A model generated the notes under the pieces. That model saw only the letters and a program-made list of their open reading frames with translations. It made no database searches and had not been told where the DNA came from. This document shows positions 57,260 through 64,000 of a stretch of 64,000 nucleotides of DNA, in pieces. The stretch lies in contig JAWLHY010000014.1 in NCBI GenBank assembly GCA_041690135.1, positions 14,140 to 78,139 of the forward strand, given 5' to 3'. Source of the DNA: Armatimonadota bacterium. Lineage in GTDB: Bacteria; Armatimonadota; SYMT01. The first letter of the stretch is position 1; each line of letters opens with the position of its first letter. The position numbers were made by a program, and so were the translations under genes.

Positions 57260-60200
57260 ATGTCACGGCTTTTGCGGCGCTTCGCCGGAATCCCGCTGCT
57301 GTTCGTCGCGCTGGGGCTCATGGGCTCCCACCCGGCCGCGGCCCAGGGATATCCACGGTTCACCGGGAAACGGATCTACCTTTCCGGCGTGCCCGACACC
57401 GGCTATTCCCGGGTGCAGCGCACCATCGCGGAAGTGGAGCGGACCGCTCCGGAAACGTACTACCTGGTGGTGACCCGCTCCACCGGTTCCGGCAGTTGGG
57501 CGACGCGCGATTATACGGACGCGCTCTACCAGCGGTGGCGCTCCGACGCGCGCTCGCGGGGCCTCCGGCTCGACCCGGACCGCCACGTGCTGATCGTTCT
57601 CGGGGTGGAGAACCGGCAGCTCTCCGTCCATGCCGGGGTGCGGCTCCAGAACGACCTTCGCTTTACGGGGTCCACCATCGACCGGGAGGTGGTCCAGCCG
57701 ATCTTCATTCCCTACGCGAAGGCCGGGGACTTTCCGGAAGGGGTCGCGGCCCTGGTCCCCGGGATTCACCGCTGGCTCCGTCGCGCCGAAGCGGCCCAGG
57801 CGGCCCAGCGCCGGCGTCGCGAAGCGGAGCAGCGCCGGCAGAAGGCGGAGCTCCTGGCCGGCATCCGGACGGAGCGGACGAAACTGACCGCTCTCCAGGC
57901 GCGCATCGTAAAGGAGGGGCGCGAGGGGCTGGCCACCGGCAACCTGGAGAAGCAACGGGAAGGGGCGGTCGCCTTGCTCCAGCAGGCGGAGAACCTGGCG
58001 GGCCATCCCGCATCCGGGCTGGAGAAGCTCCGGGCCGCCCAGGTGGCGCGCTCCCGGGTCGAACAGAGGCTCACCGGTCTGCGCCAGGCCCGGGAGGCGG
58101 CTCGCCAGGGATCCGAACGCGCCCGGACCGCTCTCGCCCACGCCGAAAGTGAGCTGGAGCGGGTCCGAGCCACCGGTCTCCCACCTGGAGATCCGGAGCG
58201 GAGGCTCGGCGAAGGCCGCGAGGCCCTCGCCCGCGCGGAGGCCCTGCTGACCTCCGACTATGACGGCGCCCTCACCCAGGCCCGTGCCGCCGAAGGCCAT
58301 GCCGCCTGGGTAACGGAGGCGGTCCGGTACGATCAGCTCCTCAAGGCGGCCGCGCGCCGCCGGCATCACTTCCTCACCCGCACCCTGCCGACCGCCGCGG
58401 GCCTGGTGCTGCTGGTCGCGCTCCTCATCACCGCCATCGTCTTGCGGGTCCGGCACCTGCGCCTGAAACGAGAGGTGCAGGAGCACCTGGCCGCGCTCCT
58501 CAAGGCGCTGGTCCAGCAGATGGAGCGCATGGAGGCCCTCACGGAGCGGCACAAGCGGCTGCTGGGCACCGACCCGGACTTCATCGTGCCGATGGCGGGG
58601 CGCACCCTGGCTCTGTATGAGGAGACGGAAGCGACACATCAGCGGGCATGGTCGCTCTGGGGCGACGTGGTGGCCTCCCGGGAGCAGATCGAGAAGCTGA
58701 TCGGCGAAGAGCATCCTCTCGCGCGCCGCGGCCTGCAGACGGCGAAGGACCGCCTGCAGGAGCTGGCCCGTGATGGGGAGTTGAGCACACTGCTCGATAC
58801 CGTCAAGGATCATCTCGACTGCCTCAACCAGGCCCACGAGGTGGCCCGGGACGCCGCAGCCGAGCTCCAGGCCCGGCGCGACACCGCCGAGGCACTCCTG
58901 CAAAAGGTGGCGGCCGAGGCGCTTCCGGTCGAGCCGTACCAGACCGCGCGCCAGGCCGCGGAAGCGGGAGCCGTCGAGGCGACGGGGTTGCTGGACGCCG
59001 ACCCCCTGGCCGCGACGGAGGTGACGAACCAGACCGCCGCCGGGGCCGCGGAGTTGATCGGCTGGCTGGAGCGCGTCCTCGCCGCCGCCACGGAACGTCG
59101 CGACCTGCTGGAGCGTGCGGACCGCCTTCAGGCCCTCGCCGCGGACCGTCGGGCCGAGGGTTACCTCCTCACGGAGGCGGGTGGCAACCCCGACCCCCCG
59201 CTCGCGGAAGCGCGCGACCTGCTCGAACGCACCTGGGAACACCTGCAGACGGCAGCCGACGGGCCCGCCCGGGAATGCCTGACCGCCGCCGCGGAGCAAC
59301 TCGCCTCCGGGGAGGCCGCCGTAGAGGCGCAGGTGGTTGGTCGCGCCTTCTGCGCGCAGGACCTGCCCACCCGCCGCGCCGAGACGCAACGCCTCACAGA
59401 ACACCTACAACGTGCCGCGGCGGCCCGCGCCGACCTCGTCCGGGAGTTCGCCGCCTCCTGCTGGCCCGCGGTGGCGAACCACTGTCTGGAAGCCGAGGTC
59501 GCGCTGGCCGGTTTCTCCCAGACCTGCACCCGCGCGGAGAGCCTGGCCGACCTGCGCACGCAGCGTTATCTGAGCGCCCGCGCGCTCCTGGAAGAGGTCG
59601 CCCGGGGCCAGGCGCAGACGGAAGCCGCGCTCTCCGCCGTGGAGCAGACCCTGGCCACCCTCCGGGCCATCCGGGGTCGGGTGCAAACGGACCTCCCGCG
59701 CGTCCGGGAAGCCGCTGCCGGGGTAGAAGCGTTCTTCCAGGCTCACCCCGCCAGCCCCCGCCCGCATGCCCATCAGCAGCGGGCCGCCGGACGAACGGCA
59801 CTGCAAACAGCGGAGGCGGCCGCCGACCTCCAGCCGCCGGACTGGGTCACCGCGGCAAAGGAGATGCAGTTGGCGGAGGGCCTCCTGACCGCCTCCCTTA
59901 ACGACGCGCGCCAGGACGTGGAGGCACATCGTCGGGTGGTGGAACGTCTCGCCGCCGCCGAGCGCGCCTGCGCGGGGGCGGCCGAGTTCCTCCACCGGGA
60001 AACCGCGGATCGTCCCGCTGCCGCCCTCCGGCTGGGGGAGGGAGTTCGGCTGTTGGAACAGGCGCGGCAGGAAGTGCAGACTTCCGGCGCGGACTGGCCC
60101 GCCCTGGAGGTCCTGTTGGGGCAGGCTATTGAGTACGCCGATGGCGCTCTCCAGATGGCGAAGGAAGACGTCCGGCTGCAGAGCCAGGCCCAGTCCGAGA

Positions 60201-60604
60201 TCTTCGCTGCCGAGCGCGCCACGAACGCGGTGGACCGCTACTTCGGGCACGGCATCCGCGGGGACGTGAGCAGCGCGCGTTCAGCTCTCGGCAGCGCCTC
60301 CTCCGCCCTGGCATCCCAGCGTTACGAGGAGGCGATTCGCCTTGCCGAAGAAGCCATCGCCTACGCCCGTGCCGCCGAGCGAGCCGCCCGCGCCCAGGTA
60401 TCCCGGATCGAGGATGAGATCCGCCGCCGTCGGGAGGCCGAAGAGCGCGCACGTCGTGAAGCGGAAGAGGCCGCCGAACGCGCTCGCCGGGCCGCGGCCA
60501 GCAGCAGTTCTTCCAGTTGGTCCAGCGGCTCCAGCTCCAGCAGCTTCTCTTCCGGTTCCTCTTCCTCCAGCTACGACAGCGGCACCAGTCAGAGTAGTTG
60601 GTAG
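57260..60604 (+). CDS. TPM-domain protein with long helical/coiled-coil regions and Ser-rich tail
   Basis: Signal peptide, VLIVLGVENRQLSV...FIPYAKAGDFPEGV, one central TM, tail SSSSSSWSSGSS...SSW. Confidence 0.8.
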   Translation: MSRLLRRFAGIPLLFVALGLMGSHPAAAQGYPRFTGKRIYLSGVPDTGYSRVQRTIAEVERTAPETYYLVVTRSTGSGSWATRDYTDALYQRWRSDARSRGLRLDPDRHVLIVLGVENRQLSVHAGVRLQNDLRFTGSTIDREVVQPIFIPYAKAGDFPEGVAALVPGIHRWLRRAEAAQAAQRRRREAEQRRQKAELLAGIRTERTKLTALQARIVKEGREGLATGNLEKQREGAVALLQQAENLAGHPASGLEKLRAAQVARSRVEQRLTGLRQAREAARQGSERARTALAHAESELERVRATGLPPGDPERRLGEGREALARAEALLTSDYDGALTQARAAEGHAAWVTEAVRYDQLLKAAARRRHHFLTRTLPTAAGLVLLVALLITAIVLRVRHLRLKREVQEHLAALLKALVQQMERMEALTERHKRLLGTDPDFIVPMAGRTLALYEETEATHQRAWSLWGDVVASREQIEKLIGEEHPLARRGLQTAKDRLQELARDGELSTLLDTVKDHLDCLNQAHEVARDAAAELQARRDTAEALLQKVAAEALPVEPYQTARQAAEAGAVEATGLLDADPLAATEVTNQTAAGAAELIGWLERVLAAATERRDLLERADRLQALAADRRAEGYLLTEAGGNPDPPLAEARDLLERTWEHLQTAADGPARECLTAAAEQLASGEAAVEAQVVGRAFCAQDLPTRRAETQRLTEHLQRAAAARADLVREFAASCWPAVANHCLEAEVALAGFSQTCTRAESLADLRTQRYLSARALLEEVARGQAQTEAALSAVEQTLATLRAIRGRVQTDLPRVREAAAGVEAFFQAHPASPRPHAHQQRAAGRTALQTAEAAADLQPPDWVTAAKEMQLAEGLLTASLNDARQDVEAHRRVVERLAAAERACAGAAEFLHRETADRPAAALRLGEGVRLLEQARQEVQTSGADWPALEVLLGQAIEYADGALQMAKEDVRLQSQAQSEIFAAERATNAVDRYFGHGIRGDVSSARSALGSASSALASQRYEEAIRLAEEAIAYARAAERAARAQVSRIEDEIRRRREAEERARREAEEAAERARRAAASSSSSSWSSGSSSSSFSSGSSSSSYDSGTSQSSW

Positions 60605-60833
60605 GGGACCAGGTATTCGGGTATTCGGGTGTTCAGGCAGCCGGCCCCCCTGTGAGGGCGAACGTTCGGAGGTTCCGAAGGAGCGCAGGGGTCCCCTCTG
60701 CCTGTCTCACCTCCACGTTCATTTCAAGTACCGCACGGTTGTTGCGTCCGTGAGGACGCTCGGATTAGCGAGGCGACATCCAGTCCCTCGCGCCGACCAT
60801 GCCGTTCGCGGGGTTCGTGGTACTAGCCGGGGA

Positions 60834-61970
60834 TCACTCCCAACGGGTGCCTACCCTATTCCGCAGCAGTTCCACAACCGTCTCCACCGGCAGCCGCTCC
60901 AGCACCATCCCGCCGCGACCCTGGGTCGTTTCGGCGCAGAAGAGGGCGTCGTAGACCGACTCTTCCACCGCCTCACAGGCCGCCAGGAAGAACGGATCGA
61001 GCCGGGCATCCGGGAGACATGAACCCGGTCCGTTCGAGCTCTCGCCCTCCAGGCCGGCCCGCGACGTAGAGAAAGCCACGGCGTAGTCACCGCTCCCGTG
61101 GGCCATCACTGCTCCCACGACCGCCAGTCCGAGGAGGGACCGTCGCGCCACCCGTTTCAACTGTCGTGCCGTCAGCGGCGCGTCCGTGGCCAGCACGATC
61201 ATGCAGGAGCCGTCCGGAGCCGTTGGAAGCAGGGTGAGAGGGGTAGGGGAGAGGACCGAAGCGGTCGGAGCGGCCGGAGCGGGGAGGAAGCGGTCGAAGC
61301 TGGTGCTCCCCAGGAGCTGCCCCACCGGCACCCCCATGATTCGCAGCGCCCCGCCGAAGTTCGCCTGGACCAGCACTCCCACCGTAAAGCACGCCTCTCC
61401 CACTGGTACCCGGCGCGAAGCGGAGCCGATGCCGCCCTTCCAGGAGAAGGCCCGCGTTCCCGTTCCCGCCCCCACGCATCCCAGGGCCGGCCAGTCCGTC
61501 CGCGCCTCGTAGGCCAGTTCCACGTCCGCGGGGCCGACCACGTCCCGGTGGATCGCATTGAGGAGCCCGTCGTTCGTCTCTCCCACCACCGCGTTGATCG
61601 TCTCCGCCGGCTGGAGGTCGGGGGTATGGGCGAGGGTCAGGTTCACCAGCCCGCGCATCACGGGCCCGACCGCCAGCGTGTTCGTGAGCGCGACCGGCGT
61701 CTCCAGGGTGCCCAGCTCCTCCACCTGGGTGTAGCCCGCCAGTTTCCCGAACCCATTGCCCACGGCAATCGCCGCAGGCAGCTTCCGCCGGAACAGCTCC
61801 GGCACCCCCGGATCGACGACCGTCACCCCGGTCCGGACCTCTTCCCCCTCGCGGATCGTCCGGTGCCCCACCCGCACCCCCGCCACGTCCGTAATCAGGT
61901 TCCGCGGGCCCGGGTTCAACAGCCCCGGCGCAAACCCATACTCCCGAAACCGCTTCGGTGGTGTCTCCAT
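60834..61970 (-). CDS. DmpA-like aminopeptidase (P1/S58 family)
   Basis: NLITDVAGVRVGH, NGFGKLAG, VGETNDG, GAGTG..KGGIGSASR, ANFG, DGS autoprocessing site, HGSGD. Confidence 0.92.
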   Translation of the reverse strand: METPPKRFREYGFAPGLLNPGPRNLITDVAGVRVGHRTIREGEEVRTGVTVVDPGVPELFRRKLPAAIAVGNGFGKLAGYTQVEELGTLETPVALTNTLAVGPVMRGLVNLTLAHTPDLQPAETINAVVGETNDGLLNAIHRDVVGPADVELAYEARTDWPALGCVGAGTGTRAFSWKGGIGSASRRVPVGEACFTVGVLVQANFGGALRIMGVPVGQLLGSTSFDRFLPAPAAPTASVLSPTPLTLLPTAPDGSCMIVLATDAPLTARQLKRVARRSLLGLAVVGAVMAHGSGDYAVAFSTSRAGLEGESSNGPGSCLPDARLDPFFLAACEAVEESVYDALFCAETTQGRGGMVLERLPVETVVELLRNRVGTRWE

Positions 61971-62521
61971 TGCGTGCCTTCCTCCGTTCCCCCTTTTCGC
62001 GATTTCGCTCTTTCGTGATTTCGTGTTGGCCCGCGCAGCGCTCCGAATGGATAGAGCCTCTGCTGTGCCAGCCCGCAGAAGTCGCTGCACAGTTGGCTGA
62101 CAGATGCGCCTCCACGATCTCGGGAAGGGACAGCCCTAACTCCGCCGGGTGTACGACCATTCCCCTACATTGCCTCGCGCCCTGACCTCTGGTGCGAACT
62201 CGCTACCCCTTTGACTGACACTGCCCGACCAACCCTCTTTTTCTGCTGTTCTCTCCCCTTCACATCAACCACGCAATGATCCGCCCGGCATCTTCGTATC
62301 CTATCCACCCTGCCATTCTGTTCCCTCCCGGTTCCCCTTTCCGCGTCATTCCGTGTGTTCCCATACGGGCAAGCTCGCGGGCAACCCCTTCCCTTTCCCC
62401 TTTGCGTCTTTGCGCCTTTGCGCCTTTGCGAGAGCATAACCGGTTCCCACTCGGCGTCCTCTGCGTCCGTCGTTGAGATAAAATCAACCCTGCCGGGCAC
62501 ACGTTTTTCAGGAGCACACCG

Positions 62522-63913
62522 TTGAGCTACCGCACCGAAACCGACAGCATGGGGGCCATCCAGGTACCCAACGACCGTTACTACGGCGCGCAGACGGCGC
62601 GCTCCCTCATCCACTTCAACATCGGCGGCGAGACCTTTCCCCGCGAGATGATCCGGGCGCTGGGCATCCTCAAGAAGGCTGCGGCCCTGGTGAACCAGGA
62701 GCTGGGTCTTCTCCCGGCCGAGAAGGCGGAGCTGATCGTCCGGGCCGCGGACGAGGTCATCGAGGGCCGGCTGGACGAGCACTTCCCCCTCCGTGTCTGG
62801 CAGACCGGTTCCGGCACCCAGACGAACATGAACGCCAACGAGGTGATCTCCAACCGCGCCATCGAGCTCGCGGGCGGAGAGATGGGGTCCAAGAAGCCGG
62901 TCCACCCGAATGACGACGTGAACAAGGCGCAGTCCTCGAACGACACCTTCCCCACCGCCATGCACATCGCCGCGGCGGAGCAGGTGGTCCATCGCCTCCT
63001 CCCGGCCGTCACCCAGCTTCGCGACACCCTCGCCCACAAGGCGGATGAGTTCCGGGACATCATCAAGATCGGCCGCACCCACCTGATGGACGCCACGCCC
63101 CTCACGCTGGGGCAGGAGTTCTCCGGCTACGCCACGCAGCTCACCAACGATCTCAAGCGGATCGAACGGGCGCTGGACTCCGTCTACGAGCTGGCCCTGG
63201 GCGGGACGGCGGTCGGCACCGGGCTCAACACCCATCCCCGGTTCGCGGAGCGCTCCGCCGCCGTGATTGCGGACCTCACCAGCCTGCCGTTCCGGACCGC
63301 CCCCAACAAGTTCGAGTCGCTCGCCGCGCACGATGCCCTGGTCGAGCTGCACGGCATGCTGAAGACGCTGGCGGCCTCGCTGAACAAGATCGCCAACGAC
63401 GTCCGCTGGCTCGCCTCGGGGCCCCGCTGCGGCATCGGCGAGATCACCATTCCGGAGAATGAGCCGGGCAGCTCCATCATGCCGGGCAAGGTCAACCCCA
63501 CCCAGTCCGAGGCCATGACCATGGTCTGCGCCCAGGTGATGGGCAACGACGTGGCGGTGAACATCGGCGGCATGTCCGGCAACTTCGAGCTGAACGTCTT
63601 CAAGCCGGTGATCATCTACAACGTCCTGCAGTCGGTCCGCCTCCTCTCGGACGCCTGCGTTTCCTTCAACGAGCACTGCGCCGAGGGGATCCAGCCGAAC
63701 CGCGCCAGCATCGACAAGCACCTCCGCGAGTCGCTGATGCTGGTCACCGCGCTCAACCCGCACATCGGCTACGACAACGCCGCGAAGGTCGCGAAGAAAG
63801 CCCACCAGGAGAACACCACCCTTAAGGAAGCGGCGGTAGCGCTGGGTCTGCTCACCGCCGAGGAGTTCGACCGCTTCGTCCGGCCGGAGCAGATGATCGC
63901 TCCCAAGGGGTAG
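62522..63913 (+). CDS. fumC: class II fumarate hydratase
   Basis: [46 protein letters not shown] start after AGGAG. Confidence 0.97.
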   Translation: MSYRTETDSMGAIQVPNDRYYGAQTARSLIHFNIGGETFPREMIRALGILKKAAALVNQELGLLPAEKAELIVRAADEVIEGRLDEHFPLRVWQTGSGTQTNMNANEVISNRAIELAGGEMGSKKPVHPNDDVNKAQSSNDTFPTAMHIAAAEQVVHRLLPAVTQLRDTLAHKADEFRDIIKIGRTHLMDATPLTLGQEFSGYATQLTNDLKRIERALDSVYELALGGTAVGTGLNTHPRFAERSAAVIADLTSLPFRTAPNKFESLAAHDALVELHGMLKTLAASLNKIANDVRWLASGPRCGIGEITIPENEPGSSIMPGKVNPTQSEAMTMVCAQVMGNDVAVNIGGMSGNFELNVFKPVIIYNVLQSVRLLSDACVSFNEHCAEGIQPNRASIDKHLRESLMLVTALNPHIGYDNAAKVAKKAHQENTTLKEAAVALGLLTAEEFDRFVRPEQMIAPKG

Positions 63914-63941
63914 GGACGTCTTCGCTAATCCTTAACCGTCA

Positions 63942-63977
63942 CGCGGGGCGCGCCCGCAAGGTGCGGGGCGCCCCGCG
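63942..63977 (+). terminator. GC-rich hairpin downstream of fumC
   Basis: CGCGGGGCGC...GCGCCCCGCG; no U-tract. Confidence 0.35.
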
Positions 63978-64000
63978 GCGGGCCCCGGTCCCTGGAAACG

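Overview
High-GC bacterial window. The gene content suggests Armatimonadota or a similar lineage (inference): a DUF1559/H-X9-DG prepilin-like gene, two planctomycete-type cytochrome c-DUF1549/DUF1553 + DUF1501 pairs, four sulfatases, DUF1080, DUF5060 and HEAT proteins. Housekeeping genes are ppsA and fumC. Other genes include a tricorn-like S41 protease, an NlpC/P60 peptidase, a DmpA peptidase, a Fic protein and a T4 Rnl1-like RNA ligase. I saw no rRNA, tRNA, CRISPR array or transposase. The best leads are four. (1) A probable secreted thioredoxin-like selenoprotein, split in the ORF track at an in-frame Cys-UGA and followed by a SECIS-like hairpin (29187-30281, minus strand). (2) Pervasive 6-9-mer simple repeats that also sit in frame inside genes, shown by reciprocal insertions in two paralogues. 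(3) An identical 19-bp mini-hairpin inserted into different REP-like palindromes, with empty and filled sites both visible. (4) A three-member family of 2-TM proteins I do not recognise, two of them coupled to a Fic gene that is divergent from the RNA ligase. All family calls are by eye from motifs; no searches were run.
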